Part shown: positions 54,601 through 64,000 of the stretch, one piece after another
How the letters are laid out: each line of letters begins with the position of its first letter
Position numbering within the stretch: the stretch's first letter is position 1
Assembly (NCBI GenBank): GCA_964035575.1
Contig: OZ037835.1
Span: forward strand, 186,001 to 250,000
Source: Rhynchopus sp. YZ270_cl-10
Taxonomy: Eukaryota
Direction of reading: 5' to 3'
Length of the DNA: 64,000 bases
Program-made: the position numbers and the translations under genes
The notes under the pieces: generated by a model
The model's input: only the letters and a program-made list of their open reading frames with translations
Told to the model about the DNA's origin: nothing
Database searches by the model: none

Positions 54601-54952
54601 ACACCAGCACCATAGACATCTCGACACCCAACGGCGAGGCTACGGGGTCCGTGATCCCAGCCTGCCCTGTGGCGCCGTGGTACACATGAGCGTCCCACCT
54701 CCCCCCATTTAGCCCAAGCAGCACATTGTCCTGGGCTGCTCCATTCGAAAAGTCAAACACACGTCCCCAAGACGTCGCTGCATTCACGGTCACATCCGCC
54801 TCCATCCGGAACCCACCCCCAAAGGTTAGAGTTCGGGTAGAGTCATGTTCACTGCTGTCTGCGAAGGACGTGAGCAGGATGGGATCAGCACACGGCTGTG
54901 GTGGCACAGCTGCAGCACTGCATATCAAAGTAGACAAGAATGCAAATCGCAT
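48647..54952 (-). CDS. Surface protein, gene 4 (type A anchor): signal peptide, 3 LamG/ConA-like cassettes, ~900-aa stalk, 7-8 TM domain
   Basis: 2101-aa ORF; three cassettes at 534-bp spacing; C-terminus paralogous to genes 1 and 3 with small in-frame indels. Confidence 0.9.
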   Translation of the reverse strand: MRFAFLSTLICSAAAVPPQPCADPILLTSFADSSEHDSTRTLTFGGGFRMEADVTVNAATSWGRVFDFSNGAAQDNVLLGLNGGRWDAHVYHGATGQAGITDPVASPLGVEMSMVLVYTRTGPTTGSAVLYIDGVERVSGVAALPLMATRTINLVERSPWPQDPPFDGTVKNFKFYACDATNAPDTDAPPTHAPPPQPCADPILLTSFADSSELDSTRTLTFGGGFRMEADVTVNAATSWGRVFDFSNGAAQDNVLLGLNGGRWDAHMYHGATGQAGILDPVPTPLGVEMSMVLVYTRTGPTTGSAVLYIDGVERVSGVAALPLMVTRTINLVERSPWPQDPPLDGTVKNFKFYACDATNAPDTDAPPTHAPPPQPCAAPILLTSFADSSEHDSTRTLTFGGGFRMEADVTVNAATSWGRVFDFSNGRDQDNVLLGIYQGRWHAQVYHGTTGQAVIADPVASPLGVEMSMVLVYTRTGPTTGSAALYIDGVERVSGHVGLPLMVTRTINLVKRSPWPNDAPLDGTVKNFKFYACDATNAPDTPSPPTPSPPPTPSPPTPSPPTPSPPTPSPPTPSPPTPSPPTPSPPTPSPPTPSPPTPSPPTPSPPTPSPPTPSPPTPSPPTPSPPTPSPPTPSPPTPSPPTPSPPTPSPPTPSPPTPSPPTPSPPTPSPPTPSPPTPSPPTPSPPTPSPPTPSPPTPSPPTPSPPTPSPPTPSPPTPSPPTPSPPTPSPPTPSPPTPSPPTPSPPTPSPPTPSPPTPSPPTPSPPTPSPPTPSPPTPSPPTPSPPTPSPPTPSPPTPSPPTPSPPTPSPPTPSPPTPSPPTPSPPTPSPPTPSPPTPSPPTPSPPTPSPPTPSPPTPSPPTPSPPTPSPPTPSPPTPSPPTPSPPTPSPPTPSPPTPSPPTPSPPTPSPPTPSPPTPSPPTPSPPTPSPPTPSPPTPSPPTPSPPTPSPPTPTASPPTPSPPTPSPSTPSPPTPSPSVLGGGVTLIPSTMSPPTPSPPTPSPNTPSPSVLGGGVTLIPSTMSPPTPSPPTPSPNTPSPSVLGGGVTLIPSTMSPPTPSPPTPSPNTPSPSVLGGGVTLIPSTMSPPAPSPPTPSPNTPSPSVLGGGVTLIPSTMSPPTPSPSTPSPNTPSPSVLGGGVTLIPSTMSPPTPSPPTPSPNTPSPSVLGGGVTLIPSATSSPPTPATVTPSPPTPATVTPSPPSPLPTPAPVTLSPPTPVPVPSTKTAAPPRPTPVTPSPQTAELPTLAPVTSTAVPPAPTTLVTEAPTLSPPTAVPVTVSPTPAPVTLSLPTPAPTTLPQQMLTTDPPQTQTPDTASPTASTASVSPATLPATGLPVTSAVTMAPTTAAASLAPTTLAPLPASMSPATPRPRVPRTIVPRMVFTFSPPYGNIGPNTAAPLAGTPSTPDTIPTPDTTFAPHATFTPPTDVHATLTPPRNLAPSADTPAPEVDPLHLECPSEATAADLRAHKLSIGAYHPSGLPVPASELTTTVTSLSGNHEKYGAEWASTQDGFVVLTAHPQRPGGVLLALGDAHYTSSEHIRITVTHDGNDAAQSCDLVISAAELSAAQRSEAAATAPALGIVSVNSAASGATIGLVGTPQCGLHSDLPLGVNVLGLEIDNSQHLGALVGNLCLILAASGLLYVLSRAADASGSTFLSGFAHYAGFGGLPSVWLYVFILLYQGTVFVAQYLIIYPRNFGQFLSGLFGLIFCVAVPFWVVYRVWRGVPKSAVYAGTEVGTIGRILLGPGEWVAVSRGDVWLRNHMSPVRPYRQASAWFCAFFFLMMFAAGALTVPDTTDFVQCGHLRMGLAVLFLSMAIFVGSLRPYCRPRDNALYTLVYLATTAAMVFQGLAYYSEDLNDSRFETAVMVLTVAMVAILIKAVVDAVSDIYVIASSRRRITQDTLWAKDDQRTGASREVDVEEYLSVFREFEVESINSTTRSSLQVLSPRTADLPQSSAALNRLSVRSGGADSGLAANAGDSYYTPAVPLQELGSAVHFYSGVSGSGSGVSPSDPPGSNSSISTADGWGAGGGGGRGGVSFPQQNFAVSLPARNTRSVALGMGAGRGVSPGGPRARTFSGMSAVGNGLASPHGGSEDYAQDV
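51425..53330 (-). repeat. Coding tandem repeats of the gene 4 stalk
   Basis: 90-bp array ~51425-52030, 15-bp array ~52030-53330. Confidence 0.95.
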
Positions 54953-56558
54953 TTCTGTAGTGTGGTGTAATGTTGTGGGTTGGAGAGGGTGGGGTGGTGG
55001 GGGGGGACAACACAGATCCTCTCCCTCTCGAGAAAGATAAAAAATACTGTTCTTTCCGAGTCAGCATATACAGCAACACAACGGTGGGGTAAAAAGTAAG
55101 GTGGGTTCTGGGACAGTGCGGACGGATTACGGAAATGCAAAAGGTGTTGTTCAGCTGTGCATATCCACTGCGGCCTTGTTGTTACAATAAATGACAATTC
55201 GGAAAAACGGTTTTTCCGTGTAACATAGGGGTGGGCAAGTCATCGAATAAGTGGTTTACATTCCCTCCCTTCATGGTTCTTCATCGACTGCTGGTTTACC
55301 ATCCAAAAACCTTGACAAAGACAAGATTTTCGGGGGAAGGCTCGCTATTTTCATACATTGTTACTCTGTCACAATAAATATTTTAAGATAATTAAGATAA
55401 TTCCCTATGTATTTTCCTTACTGTAAGTAAGGAAAATACAGGCAAAAATCCAGGTAAAAATCACTTTGTACAGACTATGCCTGGCGGGCACAGGGTGTGA
55501 CAAAACCAAAAAAATTGCTCGAATGGACGTTTCTGGGTTCCGGCATTTAGAGTCAAAAAAAAAATATATTTTTTTTTCGCGAAATTTTTTGACTTAACAC
55601 TGGCTGGTCCCCCCTGGTCCCCCCTTATTTGTTTCTTTTTCCCCCAGGGGGACCAGTGGTCCCCCCTGGTCCCCCCTGTGGGAAGCCCTGCCACTGATGC
55701 TTGTTGTGTTACTGACAAAGCCTCTGCTGCAGGCCACACAAAGTCAAACAAAGCAAACCTCAGCCTCATCCCACATGGAGAAGAGGGAAAAAGACTTGGA
55801 AAGGGGATTTAAATGGGAGGACAAACCATTGACAGGCTGCAGGGAGCAATGCTGTTGAGTTCGCAGGCCAGGAACGTGCCTTATTGCCTTTTTGTTGTCG
55901 ACAATCACCCGCGATGTGCAAGATCTGGACTCAATGTTGCCAGAAGGCTATTGTGGACAAAAGATGTAGACACACATTGTCCTCAACTCTGGAAAGTAGC
56001 TTTTATTTGTTGTTTATGCACTCAAGTGCTGATCTTATTCATACAGAAGCTGCATCAAGGTGCCAGGTTCTATTATAAGCACGGAGCCACTCTGCACCTG
56101 TTTGTCATATTGTTTCCCGTGCAATACATGGAGAAACGTTTCGCACTCGAAACAAGGGAAACAATGACAACACAGGTGCAGGAAAATGGGAGAGGGTAAC
56201 CTTTCCTGAACACATATTGTTGTCTCCCGTGCAATACATGGGGAAACGTTTCGCTGTCCCCACAAAAATGACCAAAACTTGGCCGAATGCCACCCTATCA
56301 GGAATATTTTCATGTATTCACACAAATCTTTTCTGGCCTCAATACCCCCAAACTACACGATTTTCGGTTCCGGCAAATTTTTGGAGCACCAAATATCGCG
56401 AAAAATTTCAATTTTTTTGAAGTCGTCCGTACATCCCTTTAGTATAGACCAAAACACCAAGGCGTTGTAATTCATGTGTAATGCCGCGTAATGGGGTGTA
56501 ATGGGGTGAAAGTGGGGTTTATGATCATACTCTTAGTGGTCAAAAGAAATCAAAATAA

Positions 56559-57247
56559 AGGGGGGGTCCAAATAACTATATTATTCGGTAACTTTGAAAA
56601 GCCAAAATCGCGGCAAAAAAAAAAAGTTATTTGGAACCTAAGTTATTTGGGGGTAAACTTATTTGGGCACTGAAAACAGGGTTTTTTCTCGTTGCCAACT
56701 TGGTGAAGCTTTTAGACACCGGTATTTGCATTTTTGGAATCCGTCCGGCCAGTGGTGGGGTCAATTTGCCAAAATGGACAAGTTCTCGTTTTTGATCAAT
56801 TTCCTCATAGCACACAGTAGCAGGACAGCACCAGAGGTCGGGGGTTGGGGGTCCAAAAGTCGGGAGTCGGCGGGAGGGTCAACTCTTATTTTCTGTTTTC
56901 CTGTTTTGTAGTTTGGTAAAGACCCCAGAAGACCCGACCGCCCGAATGATGATGCTGCTTTAAATCTGTTTCGCCCAGACTTCCTTCTCCAGCGTGGCTG
57001 CCGCCTAGATGATTATATCTGTGGTGTAAAAAACTAGCTTTTTACACCGTACCATAAAATTTTTTCGCCTGCGGCGCCATTTTATATAGTACACTATCAG
57101 TTTGGGGGAAATTTTTGAAAAATAAAAAAGGAGGTGAGAGGGGGCGAAGTTATTCGGTAACTTTTTCGGCACCCAAAATCTGAGAAAAAAAAAAGTTATT
57201 TGGGAAAATAGCTATTATTTGGGGGTAAACTTATTTGGGCCCCCCCT
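56559..57247. mobile_element. Putative TIR element with AGG...CCT ends and (A/T)TAA flanks (Kolobok-like)
   Basis: ATAA|AGGGGGGGTCCAAATAA ... TTATTTGGGCCCCCCCT|TTAA; internal direct repeat of TTATTCGGTAACTTT...TTATTTGGGGGTAAACTTATTTGGGC near both ends. Confidence 0.55.
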
Positions 57248-57259
57248 TTAAAAACAAAA

Positions 57260-60200
57260 AGGGGAGAATGAGGGAGGAATCTGTTATCAATTGGCACCGT
57301 TAGTGCGAAATGTACGTGCTGGGAGGAGCGAGAGTGGGGAAAACGGAAAAAGCAAAAAATGAATTTTTTCTGCTGAATATGGTGGTATTTTGTTTTTCCC
57401 CAGCCCTCCCCGGATCCTACCCTGCCAAAGCAGGAGGTAAAAAGAAATAGCAGCCCGGCCCACCTTTTTTGTTTAGAGTACTCTCAAACCCCACATAACG
57501 CACTTCCAGTGCCTTACAGTGCTGCTATATGTGGGTGTAATGGGGTGTAATTCGGTGAAATGGTGTGAAAGTGTGTAAGTGGGTGTTAGAGAGGAGGTGT
57601 GGTACCCCCGGGACACCCCATATACCTTACTTCACCTTCGGATACCCTTACAGGGGGGAGCAATCGGCTCGTGCAATCAAAAGAAAGCAGAGAAAAGGGA
57701 AAAATAAAAAAAACAAAAGTTGGGTACCGTGCGCCTGCGGCGCTACCTGTTCCCAGTCAAAACACCACAATTTCATCTGAAATTGGGTTTTCAGACCTGA
57801 AAATGCCCCTGTTAAAGAGTATGGGTTTCACATTTTGTGAAAATTTAAGTCACTAAAATTTTGTCCACTTTTCCGAATATGCCCCACCACAGCATCGGAA
57901 ATGCCACAAAACACTGTTTCACCCACTGACGTAACCCTATTTGACCAATATAGCAGAAAATAGCACTTTATCGCACTTTGGGGGTTTTTTTTGGGCTTGG
58001 TGGCTGGGTGGAGGTGTGGAAAAACCGAATCACAAACAATGTGAGGAGGATGATCTTTGATGGTCATTTTTTTGACCATCAAGAAAAAAAAGGTGCGATG
58101 AACCTAATCCTACGTGTGCTTAGTCACCTTTGCACACATTCGGTGTCGCTCATCAAGAAACAACAAAAAAAAAAGTATGCAGCAAACAATAGTAATATGA
58201 TGAAGACAATGACTCTTGCAACAAAAAAAATTAATTTCGCACAAAAAAAAAACCGGCAGAGGGATTCATCGCAAAATACCACAGTTTGGGTTGTCTTTGG
58301 TGGCTTGTGAAGGAGGAGGCTACCCAAAAACTGTGGTCAAGCGAATTCATTTTCTGCCGGTGCGTTTTGATGCAAGGTACTGCTCCAAGTAAGAAAGCTG
58401 AGAGATGAATGTGCCTCGAGGAAAAGAAACTCAAAAAAAATGGTGTGAGCATCATAACTGTATTAACAATTCGCGAAGGGGGAGAAAAAACAAGAATAGT
58501 GAAGTTATTGTATTATTAATGCAGGCACCTCCGACTGACCCACGTACGATGCCAGCCATCCGGATGAAAGACAAGAATAAGAACACGGTGTTTAGATGAA
58601 CGCACCTCTCGTCACTAATTAGTTTCATGACATGATGTGCACACTACACTTTCTAATCAAAGAAAGCAAAGCTTCATCCACACACTGTCCACCACAACGT
58701 TGTTGGGTTGATTAAATTGTAGATTTGAGCACGAAAATTATTTACGATCCACTCGACGCTTGGATCCACATAGATAAAGAAAACAAAAACACGAAGGCAA
58801 AAAAGGAAAACCAATAAAAAGGAAAACAAGAAGACAAAAGAAAGAACGTTCTATACAAGATACGTCTAAAAGTAATAGGGGAATAATTACACACAAAGAA
58901 CGGTTGCCAAGCAACCTAGTTCCCCAAAACCCCGGTTCCCCCGTGGTTCCCCACGGGTTCCCCCTTAGACCAGGTGACCGCACGATGAGAACAAATTGCT
59001 TTTTGTGAGATGATCGACACCTTACTTAGGTAAATCATTTTATTTTCCCCTCCTTCAAACTTCACACACAACGCTTTTTGGTATTCGGGAGACAGATAAG
59101 GTGCCAGGTTCTATGATAAGCACGGAGCCACTCTGCACCTGTTTGTCATGTTGTTTCCGTGCAATACATGGAGAAACGTTTCGCACTCGAAACTTGGGAA
59201 CGCTTTTTAATGAAAAATGAACGAAGCACAAAAACCAGCGCGTGTGGAAGAAAAAAGAAGAGTGAAAATATTTTTTCTGATTCAAAGTGGTGTTTATGTT
59301 TTGGGTACGGGGCGGAGAATAAAATCTGTTCGATGAAAGAAACACAAGCTTTTTGTTTTATCTTGTTCATCTTGAAGGCACACCCTGCCGATAACTACCT
59401 TCGACTATACAGGAAAAACGGGAAACGAAATAGGGGGAGAGTTTGTTAGTTGTAGGATTTCACCTTTTATATTTCTCGTTTTGAAAACTGATGTGTTTAC
59501 AAAAACAGAGCAAAATAGAAAAGGCAAGAAAAGGAAAGTCCTGAAGTACAGAAAGTGATGTGTGAGAAGGGAGGAGCACAAGTGAGGGTGAAAACAGTTA
59601 GAGCATTTCCCCTGTCACCTGCGTTCGACCTATTCCAAAGTATTTGTCCTGATAGAAAAAGACTATTTATTTGACAATAGTACCATGTGTGGGTCCCTCC
59701 AGGTACAAGATGTGGGTCCCAAAATAAAAAAGCCAAAAAAAAATGCATAAAATTATTAAATTCCCAAATTCCGGCGCTACAACACATTTCCGGGGGGGTT
59801 CTGGGGTGGTTTGGTGTGTTTTTTCGTGGTTATTGCACCTTCTGAGGGGCGGTTAAAGTGGGCCCAGAATCACAGTTCTGACACTCATTTAGCATTGTGA
59901 GCAACTCACTAGTGGTCGTGACCAAATTTGTATCAATCAAGAACTTGCCCGTTTTCTCGAAATGACCCCACTACAGTGAGGGTAGAGCTCGGAAAGCCCG
60001 AAAAAGGGCAAAAAAACCCCACCCAAAAAGGAAAAAAACGGGAACATAAATCCAAAATGACGTTGATTATCCCGCTTGACCCGCTCAGAGGCTGGACCTC
60101 ACCGTGTGAGCAAGCAAATTTAAACAGGTCACCCCCTGGTAAGCCCCCCTCAAAAACACATGAGTTGTACTAGTAGTGTGACTGGGTGTAATTGGTTGTA

Positions 60201-60605
60201 ATTTGGCGTAATTGGGCAAAATTGGGCTGTACTTGGGTATAATTGGGTATAATTGACCCCAAGTGGGTCCAGATGGGCTGTGTTGGGTCCGGTTGGGTGG
60301 GTGAAAAAACGGTACATAATACCCTGGAAGAAAGAAAAACACGCACAAAAAAAAACAAAGAGAAAAATGTAAGACAAAACGCCCGGACGGCGAGAAGAAT
60401 GCGCCTCCTGCACCCGAATTATTCAATAAAACAGAGTGTCGGGGAAACGCGTCCCATCTATGTATCTCAAGGATGAAAGACCAACAGAAGATCAAGAAAA
60501 CACAGTTCAAAAATATTATATAACGCATTCTTGCACCAAAAGAAAAATGGGCAAAAGAAAAAGTTGATAAGATAAGACCCTAAGCCTCTGTGCTGAGTCA
60601 CCTTA
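57260..60605. repeat. Segmental duplication: downstream flank of gene 5, paralog of 14545-18515
   Basis: Collinear repeat modules as described for 14545-18515. Confidence 0.8.
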
Positions 60606-60875
60606 AAAAAAACGTCAAAAAGAAAAAAATGAGCTCAACCTTACTAAAAAGGGAGAGAAAGTTATTGTGGAAAATCGCAAATTATTTGGTGGGATGTGTG
60701 CGGTTCTTACTGTTGGTACAAAAAAAGCACAAAATAGAAACCGCACTTCCGCAAACAATAAAGCAATAAAGACAAAAGAGAGAGAAAGTTGTTGTTAGAC
60801 GCACCAACCCACCCCTCCCGTGTAGTCTACGTGTGAAGGAGCTATAACTTAGCTATCCCTGTGAAGCACACTACA

Positions 60876-63152
60876 CTACACTACACTGCGACGACGCTGG
60901 GATCGGGAGGTGTGCTGCCTGCTGTGTCGGGCCTGCAGGGTGCCTCTTCCACGTCCACCACCTACGTCTTCTTCTAAGTCGCGACCACTGATGCCTGTGG
61001 TGGCACTGCCCCCAGCCTCGTCGGATAGAAATGAATCCCCCGGCCCCGCAGCCAGAAGAGGGGTGAAACTGTCTTTGCTATCCAGGAAGCCTTCCCTGCC
61101 ACGGCCGCGGGGTGGTAAAGGACATTTGGTGGGTGTGATGGGGACTTGCCGTGGTGTTTCGTGCGAAGCAGGTTCCCCGTTTGGTGTAGTGCAGCTCAAG
61201 AGCTCAAGACCGTTTTCGATGTCGACGCTAAGGAGCGAGGCATTAGGCATCTCGGCGCGGGTGTCGCTCTGCCGGTCGGAGGTGTCTGACTGTGTGGTCT
61301 CGAGAATTGCTAGACTGCGACCTTGGGAACGTATGAGGAGGGCTTGTTTGTTCAAAACGTCCTCCTGAAGGTTGCCCCTACGTCCTGATGTGATGACGTA
61401 TATGTCAGTGAGAATGTCTAAAGCAATTTTGACAACCAGAAGAATGAAGGCCACAGTCAGCAGCCTGGAGGAGACGTCAAACAGCCATGAGTCCAGCGTG
61501 GCCGTGTAGTACCCTGCAGCCATCACCACCATCGCGGCGAGCTGCGTGCCCAGGAAGAGAATGGCCAGCGCAGCATCCCTGGGGCGTGCGTGAGGCCAGA
61601 ACAGACCTTCCAGCATCAGGAGAACTAAGAAGACAAGCCCAGAAGCCATCTTGACGTGCCCACACCCTTCGCTTGTCTCAGGCGCCGTGCTCTGAATCGC
61701 GCTCAGCGTGAAGGAAGAGACAAACTCGATAAGAAGAAACCACGTCGCGTCCTGCTTGTACGGGCGGATCACGGTGTAGCGCTGCACCCACATCGGGTTA
61801 CGTTGCATGGACACCCACTCCCCTTCGCCTAGGAGCGAGATAAGTGCACGGTTCTGTCTTCCTTCCGCTCTCGCATACACACCGTACGCAGGAACACCTC
61901 GAGTGATGGTGAGGTGCAGCACCACAGGCACCACAGCGCACACCAGCAGAATAGCCACACCCACAGCAGCATGCCAGCCCTTCTCCGGGTGGAACACAAG
62001 CGACATGCCTGCAAGCGTGAGGCCTTGATAGAAGTATTGGAACACAAGCACCGGGGCGGAGGGGAGGCGCAGCAGGCCCACTACGTCCCGATCCTTGAAG
62101 AAGGTGGGGAACAGGCACGTCCCCACGACACGCACGACAGGCACCGCAACGAAGCAGGCAGCTATGAAGGTCGCCAGCATCGCAATGTTGGCGGCGACGG
62201 CGCCGACGGGCTTGCTGTTGTCCAGCGAGAAGCCTGTCGGGTGCAGTGCCGTCGAGAGGTCGTGCGAGCAGCCTTTGCTCACCAAAGCCAGACGCAGTGC
62301 AGCACCACTGGAGAACCCCGACGCTGAGCTTGCCACAGCGAGTGTCGTGGATGAGTCCTCAAACCCCATCAGGTCCACCTTCACGTCTGCGATGCTCGTC
62401 AGAGGCGGTGGTGCAGTGTCGTTCAGAGTGTCCACGAAGTCTGGTGCTGGAGTCGGTGGTGCCAACGTTGCAGGTGCCGGTGTCGGCGGTGAAGGGGTTG
62501 GAGGCGAAAGTGTGGGTACCAATGTCGCTGGAGCATCTGTAGCAGGTGCGTCTGTGTCAGGTGCATCTGTAGGTGGTGCTGTTGGCGGTGCATCAGTGTC
62601 CGGAGCATTTGTCGCATCGCACGCATAGAACTTGAAGTTCTTGACGGTGCCGTCGAGCGGCGTATCTTGGGCCCACGGGCTGCTCTTCACCTGGTTGATC
62701 GTGCGTGTGACCATGAGGGGAAGAGCTGCGACGCCACTCACGCGCTCGACACCATCGATGTAGAGCACAGCCGTCCCTGTCGTAGGGCCCGTGCGTGTGT
62801 ACACCAGCACCATAGACATCTCGACACCCAACGGCGAGGCTACGGGGTCCGAGATCCCAACCTGCATTGTGGCGCCGTGGTACACATGGGAGTCCCACTT
62901 CCCCTCATATAGCCCAAGCAGCACATTGTCCTGGTCTCGTCCATTCGAAAAGTCAAACACACGTCCCCAAGACGTCACTGCATTCACGGTCACATCCGCC
63001 TCCATCCGGAACCCACCCCCAAAGGTTAGAGTTCGGGTAGAGTCAAGTTCACTGCTGTCTGCGAACGACGTGAGCAGGATGGGATCAGCACACGGCTGTG
63101 GTGGCACAGCTGCAGCACTGCATATCAAAGCAGACAAGAATGCAAATCGCAT
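60876..63152 (-). CDS. Surface protein, gene 5 (type B anchor): signal peptide, 1 LamG/ConA-like cassette, ~65-aa stalk, 7-8 TM domain
   Basis: 758-aa ORF; TM region nearly identical to gene 2; shorter C-terminal tail. Confidence 0.9.
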   Translation of the reverse strand: MRFAFLSALICSAAAVPPQPCADPILLTSFADSSELDSTRTLTFGGGFRMEADVTVNAVTSWGRVFDFSNGRDQDNVLLGLYEGKWDSHVYHGATMQVGISDPVASPLGVEMSMVLVYTRTGPTTGTAVLYIDGVERVSGVAALPLMVTRTINQVKSSPWAQDTPLDGTVKNFKFYACDATNAPDTDAPPTAPPTDAPDTDAPATDAPATLVPTLSPPTPSPPTPAPATLAPPTPAPDFVDTLNDTAPPPLTSIADVKVDLMGFEDSSTTLAVASSASGFSSGAALRLALVSKGCSHDLSTALHPTGFSLDNSKPVGAVAANIAMLATFIAACFVAVPVVRVVGTCLFPTFFKDRDVVGLLRLPSAPVLVFQYFYQGLTLAGMSLVFHPEKGWHAAVGVAILLVCAVVPVVLHLTITRGVPAYGVYARAEGRQNRALISLLGEGEWVSMQRNPMWVQRYTVIRPYKQDATWFLLIEFVSSFTLSAIQSTAPETSEGCGHVKMASGLVFLVLLMLEGLFWPHARPRDAALAILFLGTQLAAMVVMAAGYYTATLDSWLFDVSSRLLTVAFILLVVKIALDILTDIYVITSGRRGNLQEDVLNKQALLIRSQGRSLAILETTQSDTSDRQSDTRAEMPNASLLSVDIENGLELLSCTTPNGEPASHETPRQVPITPTKCPLPPRGRGREGFLDSKDSFTPLLAAGPGDSFLSDEAGGSATTGISGRDLEEDVGGGRGRGTLQARHSRQHTSRSQRRRSVV

Positions 63153-64000
63153 TTCTGTAGTGTGGTGTAATGTGGTGGGTTGGAGAGGGTGGGGTGGTGG
63201 GGGGCAGGTGTAGCCGTAATTCCGGGGGTCAAAACCCGCGATCCCCGATCCCCGATCCCCGGCTTAATTTAGGGGGGGGTTTTATGAGGAAAAATCAGGA
63301 AAACGGTAAAAAAATGTCAAAAATCTGTTCGTTTGCACACTGTGAAAAAAATCGCGACCCACCGCTGAAAGCGCAAGGTGTTAACCTTGTGAGAGCCTGT
63401 GAGAGCTTACTGAGAGCTTATGAGGTCCTGTGCTGTGGTAGCGCACAGTACATAGAGTACACACATTGCTTTCTTCAGGGTCTGTTATGTGTGTGATGTA
63501 TTGTACGACTTCGCAACTAGAGTGTTCAGGTCAACGAAGTTCAAAGAATGGGAAAGGGATACTGTGCTCACATTGTTGAAATGGGGTTGGGGCTGTGGTG
63601 GGTGAACATGGTCAAAGAAAAACAACACCTCACCAAAGCCGCTTCCTTTGTAGGTAGCCGTACACATTGAGGAGCACTCATGCGCACGTTTTGCGGGGAA
63701 AACATGTCGTTGCGCACTCACTGAGGACTGTTGTGGTGACATGGCTTGACACGTCCAGCTTGTCCAAGTCTTTGCAAAGTGACTTCGATAACGTGTCTAC
63801 CTTTTGCCTGGTGGAATCAGGTCAGAAGTTGTGAAATGGGAAAATGGGGAGAGGGTGACGTTTGCTGAACGAGCGCTATGAGGGGTTTCTTAGAAAAAAA
63901 ACTTGTTTGTTCTCTGCACTAACATCACTTGGCAACATTCATTTTAACCAAAAACCAAAAACTTGCCCACGTGTGAACTCCACGCATTTTCTAATTAGAA

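Noticed and set aside
55600..55690. Possible hAT-like end (CCTGTGGGAAGCCCTG) with GGTCCCCC/GGGGGACC repeats; nearby hairpin at 55408-55440
   Set aside because: No matching opposite TIR or TSD was found, so an element cannot be delimited.
63430..63830. Coding-like unique stretch upstream of gene 5
   Set aside because: Only short ORFs with no recognisable motif.

Overview
Eukaryotic, repeat-rich, apparently intronless region. It is most consistent with a euglenozoan (diplonemid- or bodonid-like) protist; this is an inference from the co-oriented gene array, the AG acceptor just before each ATG and the DGF-1/Bodo-type multi-pass C-termini. The backbone is a minus-strand tandem array of five predicted surface proteins. 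Each has a signal peptide, 1-3 copies of a 178-aa (534-bp) LamG/ConA-like cassette, a Pro/Thr/Ser stalk of about 65 to about 2100 aa and one of two distantly related 7-8-TM anchors (order A,B,A,A,B; cassette counts 2,2,1,3,1). The nine cassettes share a near-invariant framework and differ in a few short patches that are shuffled between genes and across anchor types, which suggests a combinatorially diversified receptor or adhesin system. The spacers hold two diverged, 5'-truncated but uninterrupted non-LTR retrotransposons with a conserved 3' stem-loop, a hAT-type MITE family with 8-bp TSDs, several other TIR elements, a 2.2-kb (GTGTAC)n satellite, a 14-bp VNTR and shuffled dispersed repeat modules. 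No tRNA, rRNA or CRISPR array was seen.
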